A stretch of DNA of 64,000 nucleotides from Calcarisporiella thermophila CBS 279.70 (GCF_041956535.1 NW_027192203.1:372001-436000); one strand, 5' to 3'. Positions 36,777 to 50,864 are shown, counted from the first letter of the stretch. Numbers and translations: made by a program. Notes: a model not told the origin generated them from the letters alone.

Positions 36777-37068
36777 ACGTGATTAACCATTTTCCTATAC
36801 GCTGTTTCTATAGATTCCTCGTACTTATGTTTCCACAGATATGTTGAAATCCCATAGAGTATTACTATATCACATACACCCTCTATATATTATATACATT
36901 GCCTCTACCTTCTCCTCCACCACCTCCCCTCTCCCTTCCGCCACCCTGTCTCATGGTATGCTTTTTGCTCACCATCTCTTTTCGTGTTCATATTGTTTTA
37001 TTGTATTTTTTTATTTTCCAAAATAACATATTATTGAAAAGGCAACTCATTCACGCACGTAGAGAGAC

Positions 37069-37911
37069 TTACTGAGGCTCTTTGACAATCAGCACAGGAA
37101 CATGGGAGTGATGGGCACAGAAATCAGAGACAGAGCCCAAGAAGGTTCTGCAGTAAGAAGTCAAATTTTAGGCTGGTAAACAAGACTCCAAAACACGTTC
37201 AGACTACCTCTTTAATGCCCCAAGTTGACGGCATCCCATGACCAGCACATCCACCTTCAGCTCTTTAATTTTGCGAACGATCTCTTCGCGCGGATCTCCT
37301 CTCATAGCAATCGCTTTACACATGATCTATTACGTTACAGGTTAAGTATTGTCATTGTGAAGCGTCAGCGCAGAGACTCACGTTTTTCTCTCTAAGTTTC
37401 TCGGCTAGCGTTTTGAGAAGCCGATGGCTCTCAAGACGTTGCTGAGGGTTATGGCGCGAGAACCATTAAAAAGGGATGCTATCGAATGGAAAAAAGGGGG
37501 AATAAACATACATGCTCCTCCAAATTGGTGACAAACTGCGAGAATTGAATGGTGCCTATCCCTAAATGAACCACCATTTAGTTCAAATTAAGTTTCTGAT
37601 ATGTTCATAATGCTACCATATGGCCCGGGCAACATAACATTTTGCCGGACATTGGCGAGAATGACCAAATCACTTTCAGGTCTTACGAAATTCTAGTACA
37701 TTCAATTCAGAATGCATTCAAGCATCTCAATATCTCTTTGGAGAAATAAAAATTTCCTGCATACTTCAAGTGCCCAGCTAAAGGCATATTGGCTATGTGG
37801 ACTATGATCGACGGCAATGAACACGATCCGAGTGACTGTTTTATCCTCGGTAGACACATCATGAGACACGGTTTCGTGCCCAGCTTCTTCGGTAGAGGTC
37901 TGTTCAGACAT
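37069..37911 (-). CDS. Universal stress protein A-like domain protein; multi-exon
   Basis: RIVFIAVDHSPHSQYAFSWALE, GDPREEIVRKIKELKVDVLVMGCRQLGALKR|TFLGSVSDFCAHHSHVPVLIVK. Confidence 0.92.
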
Positions 37912-38935
37912 GTTTGAGTGGATAATTATTTTTGTTCCCAGGAAGAGAAAATCTCAAGTTTTTATCGTATGATATCAACGCCACCGTGAAAAACTCGAGA
38001 CAACTATTTACAAGGGTATAATTAAATATGCGATGTATTAATTGAGATTGAATTTATTGAAAGAAGATCAAATAAAAAGCAAGATTGAAGTCTATTAGCC
38101 CAGCTTCATGTCAAGTGTAGCGATTTCGCCATGAGCATCCCAACCGGTGCATTGGCAGATGGAGCAAAGACGCTGGGGATGGTTATGCACGGCGGTTAAC
38201 AGAAACCTTCCATGAAACAGCACTTCCCAGTTCTTTAGCACCAATGCAGCGAGGCTACTTCGGTGTATAAACATTTAATCATCAGCCGGTCAAAACAGAG
38301 GGATATCAATCCATCCCCATGTTACAATTTATTAACGAGACGAAGAGCGTGTGGCGTTGCACGTAAAGTGTTGATAGGTGTACCGAGAAGGTAGCCAATA
38401 TGCTTGATTACATCGACTAATACATTTACGCCGTGCATATCTAAACTAAGCCGAGAGGAACACAGGGAAAAAAAGTATGTCGGCTAAACAATCTAACCCT
38501 CCCAAAATTGTCAGTCAATTTTTCTTTTTTCTGCGCAAGTGAGGAGATTCAAACTATAGCGAACGCAGCAGACGCACGCCTTTCGAAGAATCTTTTTGGT
38601 GTTACTTGTGCTCTGGAGAGGGCAAAGAGGTCCATGGACCTCGAAGTGGCTTTTAAACTGGCACAATAGATAAAGGTGTTTAAGTGCAACGGGTTCTGAA
38701 GGCTCAGCCAATGATCACAAATGAAGGCCTTTGTGGCGGGACTTGGTTGCGTGGCGAGTGTTAAAGATTGGGGAAAAAAAGGCTGACGTGAAAGAAAACC
38801 CTATGCCTCTTCCTCTTGGCTTAGTGAGGAGTTAGATATCTCTATTGAATATAAAGGCTTGAGTTTTGTGGTGCATGCCTGTTCCCTTTTTTCCAAAATA
38901 CATTTTCTAATCCACGGCAAAACCCCTGAATCACA

Positions 38936-39769
38936 ATGAAGGCCTCATGCAGCGCTGAGATTCCTGGTCATTCCCAATTGAGTGGGCATAATCTATTCCT
39001 TTCTAGTTCTTCAGCCTCACAAGAAGCGGCAGAGTCAGAAATTCAAAGAACGCCCTTCACAATATCTGTAGACCTCAAAATATCAACGACAGCCAGCTCA
39101 TGGCATGAGGAGTCTTATTGTTGCTCATCTCTACCTCATCACCCTTCTTCTCCCCGACACACGTCAAGTTTAAAGGCTACCCTACAGCACGAGGATTCAC
39201 CCTTTATACCATCCAGCACCGAGAATTCGGGCCATACTTCTAAAGTTCCCCTCCTTTCTCATCATATGAATGACTCTACGCCCTATTACAAGTGCACTTA
39301 TTCAGGATGTGGCAAGGGCTTCACTCGCCTCTACAATCTCAAGTCCCACATGCGTACTCACGTAGTTGATAAGCCCTATCGCTGCACACGGTGCTCCCAA
39401 GCATTTTCTAGAAATCACGACCTAAAGCGCCATATGAAGATACATGACGGGATAAAGCCCTACTTGTGTGGATGTGGAAAAGCGTTTAGTAGAATGGATG
39501 CACTTAGGCGGCACCGAGCAAACTCTAAAACTCGAATCATATGTGGTGAGGAAGAGCATTTAATGGTAGAAGAGTATAAGGTGAAGAGCGAAGAGCCGTC
39601 GTCTTTTGGCCTGCCGCAGCTAAACTTTCGTTCTCCTATCATGGAGAGTAAAACCTTGCCGTCATTAAAGGATGCCGTTATGCTTGCCGATGCAAAAGAC
39701 GTGCGCCTGCCGCCAATTAGGACGTTGACAGCTGGAATGCCAACACCCTTGCGAACAATGTCGTTGTAA
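38936..39769 (+). CDS. Three-finger C2H2 transcription factor with a Crz1-like finger array; intronless
   Basis: [60 protein letters not shown]. Confidence 0.9.
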   Translation: MKASCSAEIPGHSQLSGHNLFLSSSSASQEAAESEIQRTPFTISVDLKISTTASSWHEESYCCSSLPHHPSSPRHTSSLKATLQHEDSPFIPSSTENSGHTSKVPLLSHHMNDSTPYYKCTYSGCGKGFTRLYNLKSHMRTHVVDKPYRCTRCSQAFSRNHDLKRHMKIHDGIKPYLCGCGKAFSRMDALRRHRANSKTRIICGEEEHLMVEEYKVKSEEPSSFGLPQLNFRSPIMESKTLPSLKDAVMLADAKDVRLPPIRTLTAGMPTPLRTMSL

Positions 39770-40594
39770 GGATGGATATACACTACTTTTTTTTCACATT
39801 CGCATCTCTTTAGCAGCTGATATTTTATTTTTCCTCTTTGATAATTTATTTGTTTTTTTTTTCTCGCTTATATATAGTTTCAATCTCATAGGGTTCTTTT
39901 TTTTTTTCTTCAAAACATAAAGTTTATGTTTTTATGAGTTGTCGTCTCCAAAGACGGTTCAAAGTGAGTCGTTTTTTATCGATTCAGACCTTACCGGTAT
40001 GACGTAGTCAACCTTGGGGCCAATTCAACCTCTATTTTAAAGTTTTATTTATGTGGCGGGGAGAGGCTATCTAAGTTTTCGCATTAGTGAGGTTGTAGAA
40101 GAGGATGGAAGGAAATCCGAAAGGTTGGCAGGACCGTTCATTCCCCGTTTAAGGAGAATCCCTTCTTGTCAATAAGGTTAACGGGATTTTAGCTAGCGGA
40201 TTTCCAAAGTGAGATTCGACACAAATTCATGCTATTGGAATAACGTTTTTATACTGGGGTGATCGCATCATCACCTCCCGCCCTCAAGCGCTTGTAATAT
40301 ACAGAATTATCGCCGATTTCATTGGCTATCATGTAAGGGGGGTGGGTCGAGCTGCCTGGTTAGGAACCGTTTGAAGCATTTTGTGATCACTATGTCCATT
40401 CATGGTCCGAACCAGCACAAATCTCTCAATCTTGACCGCCGTGACTTGCTTGCTGGTGATATATTTAATGGTCCCTTCACAGGCCTGCTCTCCACTTTTG
40501 CAACCAGAAATACCAAACCCACACTTCAAAAGTTATTTGACGTATTGTTGGATACCTTTTCGTCTAATTTATTTAACAATAACCCTACATAACC

Positions 40595-43500
40595 ATGAGC
40601 ACATCAACTACAACAGATACCTCCAATTTCTTCCCTCCAAGCATATCAGATAATGGATACTCTATACTGGATGAAAATCCCAGCGGTAGAATTGCAGTAT
40701 CAACACTCATTTTGCGAGTAAAATATATATCTTGCGCCAGTTGTGTTGATACCATCCAAAAAAAGTTGGAGCACACGCCCGGAGTTCTTCCCGGAAGTGC
40801 TCGCATCTCTCTATTGACAGGCCGGGTGACGTTAGACTTCAATGATGAGGAGGTTACCGAGAAGAGACTGCGAGAAATAATCGAGGAGTTGGGATACGAG
40901 GTAATAGAGAGCAGAGTTACACATGAAGTGGTGCTGGTGAACATGCCAGATGCCAGGGAGGAGACGGAGAAGGAGACAGTGCAGATTAGGATAGTGGGGA
41001 TGACGTGCTCATCTTGTGTGCGAACAATTGAGACACAGTTAGCGACGCGGGATGGGGTTTACTCCGTAAGGGTGAATCTAATGGCTTCTTCAGGTGTAGT
41101 AGAATACGACCCTTTGCGTATTGGACCAAGAGATATAATCGAATCCGTAGAGGCAATGGGCTACAGCGCATCTCTCGCACCAAAAGAGTATAGCCCAGCA
41201 TCGGGTCAAGTGAACCCCTACAAGCATCGAGCTCTCGTGGCTTTGCTGTTTGCTGTGCCGACCTTTGTGATAAGCATGGTGTTTATGATGATGCTACCAG
41301 ATCGCCATCCAATTCGCCGGGCCATGGAGCATGAGCTCATAATGGGCCTCAACATCGGCACCATAGTTCTATTCCTTCTCGCCACTCCTGTCCAGTTGTG
41401 GCTCGCCTGGCCCTTTTATTCTAAGGCATATGCATCGCTCCGCTATACTCACACCGCAAACATGGACGTGCTCGTTGTACTGGGGACCACCGCAGCCTAT
41501 CTCTCCTCTGTAGGCACCGTCATTGCCAACATCGTTACTCACAATATGGCGGGCCATCAGTTCTTCGAAACCTCAGTGTTTCTCGTTACCTTTATTCTGC
41601 TTGGAAAATACCTGGAGGCATCTGCCAAGCGACGGACCATGGCAACAATAGATGGGTTAGTGAGGTTGCAGCCCGAGAGAGCGGTGCTCGTACGATACAA
41701 CGAAAACGGAGATGTGGAGAGAGAAGAGGAGATAGATTTGGAGCTAGTTCAAGGTTTGTAAACTCTAAAAAAGGTCTACGTTGATGCTGATATGCACATT
41801 GACCGCCCTGTTGATGCTGAAACCATAGTTGGCGATATACTCAAGGTTAATCCTGGGGCACGCGTGCCATGCGATGGGGTTATCACGAAAGGCATATCCA
41901 CACTGGATGAATCCTCCCTCACCGGCGAGTCTCTACCAGTGACTCGGTCTCCAGGGAGTTTGGTCCTCTCTGCGACGCTGAATCTTACCTCGCCTCTGTA
42001 TGTTCGCGTCACCCGGACGGGACAAAACACCACTTTAGCCCGAATCATTGCCCTGGTCAACGAAGCACAATCAGCGCGCAAGGCTCCCATCGAACAGCTG
42101 GCCGATCAGATATCGAGTATTTTCGTGCCCGTGGTAATTGTATTGGCGGTAGTAACGTTTGCAGGTTGGCAAATCGCCTATTCTTTGGGACATGTACCGA
42201 GGGATTGGATTCCAGTCAATATCGGAGGAACAGTCTTTGCCATTTTCTTTGCGATCGCGGTGCTGGTAGTAGCATGTCCTTGTGGGCTAGGGCTGGCCTC
42301 CCCTACTGCAATTGTAAGTGAGCAAGCAAGAGAACATGGAGAACTGTGGGATTGTCCGAGGCTGACCAAATCTTTTTGTATTTTAATGAATAGATGGTTG
42401 GCACGGGGGTTGCAGCCAAGCACGGCATCCTAGTGAAGGGTGGAGCCACTGCGCTAGAGTTGGGGCACCACGTCAATTGCGCTGTGTTCGATAAGACAGG
42501 CACCCTCACTCTCGGACAACCAGTTGTGACCGACACACTCCTTCACCCTGTGATTTCAAGTGAAGAGGCCAAGCGGAATGTCTGGTCGTTGATTGGGGCG
42601 ATTGAAAGCGGCAGCGAGCATCCTTTGGCAAAAGCAGTCGCCCAGTACGTGGCAAAACAAATAGAAACTCCTGGTAGTAGCGAAAGGACGGACGACAGTG
42701 GAGAGAAAAGAGCGCACGTCATTGCCGGTTGGTGTGAGATTGTGAGCGCGGAGGAAATACCTGGCTCTGGGATGCGGGCCCATGTAACTCCCCTTGCTTC
42801 AGCAGCTGATCCCTTCTCTGGATTGCTGAATTCCGGGAGCAAAGAGGGAGAGTACATCGTGTATGTAGGAAGCGAAAGATTTCTTGAATCGATTGGGGCA
42901 CAGCCATCCGAGAAGCAAGAGGTCGCGGATAAAGTGCATCAATGGCATGAAAAAGGATGCTCGGTGGTTTGGGTGGGCGCTCGCACTAAGGACAATGAAG
43001 ACATCACCTTACTGGCACAGATTGCTATTGCAGATCCGCCCCGTCCAGAGTCGGCAGAGGTGGTACAATATCTCACACAGAGAGGCTGCAAGGTATGGAT
43101 GCTTACCGGAGATAATACCACCACCGCCAGAGCGGTTGCAAAAAAGATCGGAATCAAACCAGAAAGAGTGATCAGTGGGGTCTCACCCGAAGGAAAAGCC
43201 GCGTTCGTGAAACAGCTAGTGGAGATGAAGGTAACAGATGCGGACCAGGAAGACAGTGAGACCAATGCGGATGAAATTGGAGTAGCTCGGAGATGGTTTT
43301 CCAAGCTCCGTAAGGTTTGGAGATGGAGGCAGAACAAAAAGAATATCGTCATGATGATAGGAGGTAGGTATCAGGAGTTCCTCGTTTTCCACCCATCTTT
43401 TTCCTCATTCTTTTCTCTATTACTATAGATGGAGTCAACGATACTCCAGCTCTTGCAACGGCACATCTCTCTGTCACATATACGTCTGCTACCCCTGCGG

Positions 43501-43814
43501 CCACTGATGTGGCCCTTGTTCTGCTCTCCTCCTCGCGTCGTTTTCCACTTTTATCACTTCTTACCTTTGTGGAGCTTTCCACGTCCATTGTATACCGTAT
43601 TCGACAAAATTTCGCGTGGGCATTTGGCTATAACTTATTGGCCATCCCACTAGCGGCCGGTGTTTTCTATCCGGTGTTGCATTGGGGGTTGAGACCAGAG
43701 ATTGCGGCTGTCGCGATGACCCTCTCGAGCATAAGCGTCGTGTTGGCGAGTCTGCTTTTGAGGTTATGGAAGCCGCCAGCGGTAGTCCGCGCGTGGGAGA
43801 AGAAAATTGTATAA
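40595..43814 (+). CDS. P1B-1 copper-transporting ATPase (Ccc2/ATP7-like); 4 exons
   Basis: Two HMA motifs (ISCASC, GMTCSSC), TGES, ACPCGLGLASP, DKTGTLT, SEHPLA, MLTGDN, GDGVND, YN and MTLSS Cu(I) ligands. Confidence 0.95.
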
Positions 43815-43988
43815 AATTTTTGAATGACGATCTGTGAGTATCAGGATACCTTGCCAGTGCAGTAGTTACGCGTTTACACTGGTATTTTCGCTCTTGTTTT
43901 TGAAACGATGTATGTATGTGTATTAAGCATGTAAAGACATATGGACCCAATGCTCTCCCTATACCACCTTTTGTATCTACCTCCACGC

Positions 43989-44041
43989 TTATTTATTTAT
44001 TTATTTATTCATACATTCATACATTCATACATTCAATCATT
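43989..44041 (+). repeat. Imperfect (TTTA)n followed by (CATT/CATA)n tetranucleotide repeat
   Basis: ttatttatttatttatttattcatacattcatacattcatacattcaatcatt read directly. Confidence 0.75.
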
Positions 44042-44694
44042 TGCTCAACTTATTTAAATACCAATGAAAGCCACTTGGCCAGAAGGCAACTCAACAAAAA
44101 AGGAATATACACTGACACTTTAAAAATCTTTTTACGAATTAATTGATTTAATAAGCTCTAACCTGGATTCTCCCTTCCGGAGAGGGAGAAACAGACGGAA
44201 GAAACTTCCATCCATTGATTGTGACTTAGCAATAATGAGAAAGGATATTATATATCTTTTACTTGAACAAGATTATCATTTTTTCAACTACAATACTATT
44301 CAATAGTGAATAGAACTAAAGGGGAAAAAGGTAGAAAAGGGAGAGAAAGGAAAAAGGGAGAAACCCTGGATAGTATATAACCATAATAATCTATTAAAAG
44401 TAAAAAAGAAAAAAGAAAATGGAAAAAATGGATCAAGTATAACCAGTACGCAGCGAAACATGGGAGCACACGCAAAAGAAAATAGAGGAGAAAAGGTATG
44501 GAAAAAAATATACAAATGCTAAACAGAGGGAGGGGAGAGGAAGAGAGAGAGGGAGGAAGAGAAAGGGTAAAGGCCAGCTATTATACTGATGAAGATGTGC
44601 ATTAGAGAGACAGACATAACACAAGATATATAAAGATATATAGAGGAAGGGATGAGGATGGAATTATTCACTCTGTTGTTATCCGAAAACACTT

Positions 44695-47059
44695 TTAAGC
44701 AGCCGCTGGACAATGTGGGTAATGGATAAACCCACACACGTCGTCCGCCTCCATATCCGACGCGGCAACTCCACTGCCCACCAGGCATACTCGCGTTAAA
44801 AGGCGTCTCAACCGCGAGTGACTTGAGCGGCATCCTCCCGCCGCAGCCCGCTCGAACCAGTACGTTGCACCCTCCAGGTCCACTGCACAACCAAGCCCCT
44901 TTTCGAGACAGTTGGCGAGATGATACTGTGCCGAAAGATGATCTTGCTCAGCCGCCAGTCTAAAGTAGTGGACGGCAAGCGTCAAATCCTGACGGGTTCC
45001 TAGACCAAGCTGGAGGTGCCGTGCGAGTTTATCCTGAGCTCGTGCATGGCCCTGCGCAGCCGCCTTTTTGTACCAACGTACCGCCATGGTATCGTCGCGG
45101 TCCACGCCAATGCCCTGGCTATAGCAATAGCCTAGGTTGTGTTGAGCCCAAGGGTTCGATTGGTGCGCACTCTTGGCGTACCAGTAGACAGCCCGCTTAG
45201 GATCTCTTTCCACTCCGACGCCCTCTTCGTAACAATACTAGAAGGGAAAGGGACCAAACTCCTGATTAGCTACCCATTCGTACTCATATACACGCAGAAA
45301 AGAATAGAGAACACGACCGAAGCCGATGCTTACCCCTAGAGAGTTTTGCGCAAGAGCGTTGCCCTGTTCTGCGGCCCGGGTGAACCACATAACCGCCATC
45401 ATGTCATCCTTTTCAACCCCGGTCCCGGTCCTATAGCAGTATCCGAGGGATAGTTCGGCAGGAGCGTGGCCTCTCTCTGCCGCGAGGCGGTACCATCTTG
45501 CTGCCTCCTTCTCATTCTTCTCCACCCCGATACCATTCTGGTAGCAGTAGCCGAGGGAGTGAAATGCAAAAATATTCCCGCGCTCTGCGCTCTGGCGATA
45601 CCACCTTACCGCCTCCTTCTCGTCACGTTCGACTCCGATTGCATTTTGGTAGCAAAACTACGGGTGAATGGGTAGGTTAGTTGGTAGGGAAGAGGGGGGG
45701 GTTAATGAAGCAAATTCCTACCCCAAGATTGTGCTGGGCTCTTGCATGCCCTTGCAACGCTGCTCGCCGGTACCAGAAGACGCCACGCTCCGGGTTCTTC
45801 TCCACCCCGATTGCATTCTGGTAGCAATAGCCTAAATTGCACATGCTCCATGGATATCCCTGTTCGGCGCTCATCGCATACCACCGGGCCGCCTCAACTT
45901 GGTTGCGCTCCACTCCAATGCCATCCTCATATAGATACTACCATATTCGTTGGCTAGAGTCAGTGGATGAACACTACTAAGTGGCAAAATCCACAGAAAT
46001 ACTCTACCCCCAAAGAGTTTTGAGCAAATGCGTTGCCGAGCTCCGCGCTCCTGCGATACCACATCACGGCCTGTTTTACGTCACGCTCGACTCCGATGGC
46101 CTCCTCGTAGCAGTAGCCGAGATTATACATGGCGACGCTTTCCCCTTGTTCGGCAGCTAAGCGGTACCACCGCAGCGCCTCTTTTTCGTCCTTTTTCACA
46201 CCGAAGCCCTCTCCGTAACAGTATCCCAGAATTCCTTGGCCGCGAGGGTGGCCCTGCTCGGCCGCGTTTTTGTACCATTTGAAGGCTTCGTGTTCGTCTC
46301 TGGTAACCCCGATCCCATCGTGATAGCACACTATGCGGATCCATCGATTAATTCCAATTAAGGAAAGCTAATCAAGAGTAATTAATTCATACCGCCAAGT
46401 GCATACTGGGCAGCGGGATGATTCTCCTCTGATGCAGCTTCGAATAGCCAGCTGAATGCAAGGGAAAAGTAAAATGAAAGTTAATTTTTTCTTTTCCTCA
46501 CGGTGCCGTGTTATATTCTCCATATTGGAGGTAGAGCGACTTACGCAATAGCTGAGCGGCCCTGTCGCCGCACACAATCCTGCCAATGCTCCGCCTCAAT
46601 TCGATCGATCCGCACCCCCGGTCTCCCATACTTTCTCAAAAACGCAAGTCGCGCTCTTGCAAGCCCACAACCGCTGCTGCTTGCCCGCACATATTCTCGC
46701 TCCGCTGCTCGAAAGTCACATTCCACCCCCAGCCCGAATTCGTAGCAGAATCCCAGCACCCCGCGCGCCAATACGTGGCCTAATGCGCTGGCACGGTGGT
46801 AGTACTCTACCGCGCGGGCTGGGTCGCTTGCATAATCAGCGCGGCCAAACAGGTAGTTTTGGCCCAGCTTGTAGAGGCTTAATGCATCATTCTCATTAGA
46901 AATGGGGGGCGACAGTGGAGCTACGGTCAGAGGAAGCTTCGTGCGCTGGCGTGGGCGGAGGCGCCGACGGTCTGAGCGAGAGGTCGTAATGCGATTCATT
47001 ACGGAGATGAGATGCTTTCCTGAATGAAAGAGGTTTGACATGCGAATGGAATGGGGCAT
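44695..47059 (-). CDS. Sel1-like repeat protein (roughly 10-12 repeats); multi-exon
   Basis: Repeated A-x2-x-LGYCY-x2-G-x-GV-x2-[DN]-x3-A-x2-WY-x2-[AS]A-x2-G units with introns at equivalent positions (after LG); start codon uncertain. Confidence 0.92.
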
Positions 47060-47107
47060 GTCTTCCAGCACCCAAAGCCAGTAAGAGTAGATGGCAAGAA
47101 GGACGCA

Positions 47108-47163
47108 GAAGAGAGGGAGAGAGAGAGTGAGTGAGTGAGAGGAAGAGAGAGAGAGAGAGAGAA
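47108..47163. repeat. GA/CT-rich simple repeat just upstream of the Sel1 gene start
   Basis: gaagagagggagagagagagtgagtgagtgagaggaagagagagagagagagagaga-like tract. Confidence 0.75.
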
Positions 47164-48988
47164 ATGTTTGGACGAATGCGAAAGTAGAAATTCGCGAGCG
47201 TGTGTGTGTGGAGAACAAAGAGGGAAAGGAGAGAAGAAGAGAAAGAGAGGAGGAGGTGGATCAAAATATATATTTCAAATCATCCCAATGTCCTGTTTTT
47301 TGAGACCCATTACATCCATTTTAGGTAAGAGTAATACAGGCAAATATACACCTTTCGAATGGCAGCGAGGGGAGTGCCTACGGCGTGGTCTGAGCGTACA
47401 TACACATCATCCCAAATCCTCCGCAACACATCGTAAAGTTTGTTTGATACTAATACTCTGGCCCGATCTTCTGCCTTTACAGTATGAAACATCGCTCTAG
47501 ATCGCGAGCTGAAATCATGGCTGCCTCTTCCGCCCCCTCTTCTTCTCATCCCCTCTCTCCAGCTTTGGGCTGCTGCGGCCGGCTTTGGTCTCGTTTCCAC
47601 TCTCCTCGCTCATATTAAGATTTTAATCTGTTGCCTTAATCGACCACAGCGAAAAAAATCATCGCCTCCGCTGTGGATTTGCTTTCTGGCTGCAGCCAAA
47701 GAGCCCGGCGGGAGCTTCGTCTGGATTGCAAGCAGGGCAGCGAGATTTCGAATGAAAATTGGGGAGCGGAATCAGGCGAAAAATCTCTTAGTGGCAATAT
47801 CGGGCGAATGCACAGCTTTCCCTCCCAGGCCGCGGCTGGCCCGCAGCCAGCCGTGTGCGCCTATTCGCATGCTTAGCATTAGGTTTAATTCTAGTTTCCT
47901 GCCCAATTTGTTTTTCTGGTGGACTTGTTAAGGTTGCGCAAGCAATGAAAACAGCAACCACGATGGAGCTGTTGCTCGTTTGTGTTCATTGTTTGTTGTG
48001 GTGATGCTTAGTGATTTGTAATAGGCAACGAGCAGGCAATGATCGGTGAATGGGGTGTCGTAGAGATTGCTTGCGTAAGTGGCCCCTAACTAGGCTTTGC
48101 AAGAGAATGCTAACAAACCGGATCTCTATGTAAAACCATGATGGAATTAGGTTAAACAAGAATTCGCAAAATAAATCATTTCAGAATTTGGGCAAAACTT
48201 TGGCTGAACCTACTTCTTGAAATAAATTTGATTTAAGATGGCTAAGATTGCGGTCGAACAGTACAGGCGGGAGGGGGGGATATAGGATCCCGTGTTTATC
48301 TTTATTAGGCGCCAGCTTCCGGTCACGCCTCATGCCCTCTTTGCTTCTCCCTTGTGGCCGATTTTCCTATGACCTCTTCTGACATCATCTGTAATCTGCA
48401 GCGAGGGGATGCGCCTTGGGATTTGCACACGCGCCCTGCATCTTGTTTAATATCGGTAAGCTTACCAAACCATCCCTCCTACTTTGCCTTACCTCTCCCC
48501 TCCCCACCCTCCTTCGAACTCCAAGTTTCCCTCCAAATGATTTCTGATTGGCATTGCAGTTTGACCATCGCAGCTACATACGTAATTAACCATGGCGATT
48601 TGCTCTATATTGCTCCATTTCAATAAAATTGAAACTGAGACCTGTGTAGCCAACCATTTCCGGCTCTCTGTTCCTCAATAGAGGAGGGAGGGGGGGGGGG
48701 GAGGGGAAACAAATTCACTGATCTCAGTTCAATTGTACTTGGTCCCTCCAATTTCTCATTAGACCTCTACATTTATATGTATATATTTATATTGATACAG
48801 AAACACGAAGATTTAATCTAGAAAAAAATCGCCATACAGATTCGCGCATGCACATGCATCCGAACACGCGCCCGCACCCGCTCACTCACTCATGCTCACA
48901 TAGCCACAAGTGTTTACAAAATAAAAATAGAAATAAAGCCAGAACAAGGCATGGTGTGTAAGCGAGTGCATCCTCTTTAAACTTGTAT

Positions 48989-50459
48989 TTACGACTTCAA
49001 TTGTCTCCACGCAACCTGCATAGGAGTCCGGTGGTCTTTCATGCGTTCGGTCGCATCTCTCCGTTCCTGCTCCTCTTCCCGCCGGCTTAGCGCCTCCAAT
49101 CTCCGGTCCCGCTCCTCGCTTACCTTTTTAGCTTCCACCATCATCTCCTCCAAGCGCCTTTGTCGCTCCTGCTCGACCTTCTTGCGTTCTTCCCCGTGGT
49201 CTTCATCTCTTGACAACTCTGTTCTGCGGTGAGCATTCTCTACTCTGTGATGGCCACCATGCCTCGAGGATCTAGAGTTGGTCGGTGAGCGCGAGCGTCG
49301 CCTTCTCCGTGGGGATGGAGACCTACGTCTATCAGATTCACGGTCCAAAGTGCGGCGAGGAGGTGATCGTGAAGCTCGGCGATGAGGCTCATCTCGCCTA
49401 CTCCGATCGTGCCGGGAGGGAGATCGAGACAACCGCTGTCGTCGTTCCTCCCCTCTATCCCGTTGCCGGTGGGCATCGTGGGCTGTCGCTCGATGGTGTC
49501 GGCCTTCGTATTCATGCTCATCTCTATGTCTAGATTCCCGTGGCTCTCTATGGCGTGGAGGTGTTCGACTCCGATCTCTCCTTCGATCAGGCGATGGCGA
49601 CTCGGATGAGGATCGCCGCTTATGCTTCTTTTCCTTTTTTTCCTTCTTTGCTTTCTTTGCTTTTTTGTCCGGCTTGATTCCATATGCCTATGTGATGGTA
49701 AAAAGAGAGCAAGCAATTAATATTCATTAAAAAATAGGAGCAAAAAGATAGAAGCTTCTGCTATTACCTCTTGGAGGGCTTTTAGTTTCAGCGGGTTGTC
49801 CAGAATCGACTTCAACGATTGCTGCTCTCGTTTTTTTATCGAGAGCAACGGATCATCACGTATTTTGTTTTGAGTATCCCGGTAGTTGTTTGCATTGGGA
49901 TTGATCACAGCGGTCGCGCTTGTGAAGTCGGCCCCAAATGAGAGCTTTTGCATCTCGTCTTTATCTTCAAGAAGCTTATCTACCCGTCTCTTCCCTAGAA
50001 GATAATCTTCCCATTCCTCAGATCGGTGGGCTGCACCCTCCCCCATACCTCCGGTGGTATACATCCAGTCTAGCCGCTCTGATCGTTTCCTAATTTGATC
50101 CAAGAGGAAAGAAAAATCCATTAGCTAGAGCTCCAAATGTAAAAGATTGATTCTTTGAATCATAAAGGTAACATCAATATTATTCAAATGATCACTTACT
50201 TCAACCCAGCTTCCTCCTGGATCCGTTGTAAATCCTGGAGCTGCCGCTCTTGTTCGAGCTCCTTTCTCAGCTGTGTGAGTTTCTTCTCTTCCTCCTTGGC
50301 CTTCTGCTCCTCTCGCCATACTCTTTCCAAGTTCTTATAGGTTTGGGGATGCCAGCTATATCATCGCAAAATTAAGGTTGAGTTAGTAAACGTCATCTCA
50401 AATCATCAGCAAGACAGGCAGACGTACCTTTTTTTTAAGTTGAGATCGCCTCCTCCCAT
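48989..50459 (-). CDS. CWC25: Pre-mRNA splicing factor Cwc25; 4 exons
   Basis: MGGGDLNLKK|SWHPQTYKNLERVWREEQKA, RLDWMY, EDYLLGKRRVD, KIRDDPLLSIK; RS-rich C-half. Confidence 0.95.
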
Positions 50460-50864
50460 TTTCGATATTAAGTAGATCCAGAAAAAAACTCTTGGGCGGG
50501 AAGAGTCTTGGTGATAGATCAAACGAGTTCTCGTTGTCCTTATCTCACAAAAAGGTGCTGTGCCACAGCCTGTGAGTTTAAATTTTGGTTAGCAATTGAA
50601 TGCCATATATATATATTTATATACGAATAGGCCCTTCCTCAATACAAAATAAAAAAATGATTATATTCTACAAGCAAGAAAAAAAGGGAAGAACAACCAT
50701 AGCCAAAATGCGTGTGAATCTCCATTTACTAAGAATAGAATAAAAAAGGGAGAATTGGCAGTAGAAATAGTCCAACCAGAACAACACTCGAGGAGATGTG
50801 AACACAGGGAATATATAATATATAATATTTAGGCAGTTTTTAGAACCTTTAGTCCAAAATGCAT

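Noticed and set aside
38111-38120. TCAAGTGTAG matching part of the U2 snRNA branch-recognition region
   Set aside because: Only 10 nt match; flanking U2 sequence is absent
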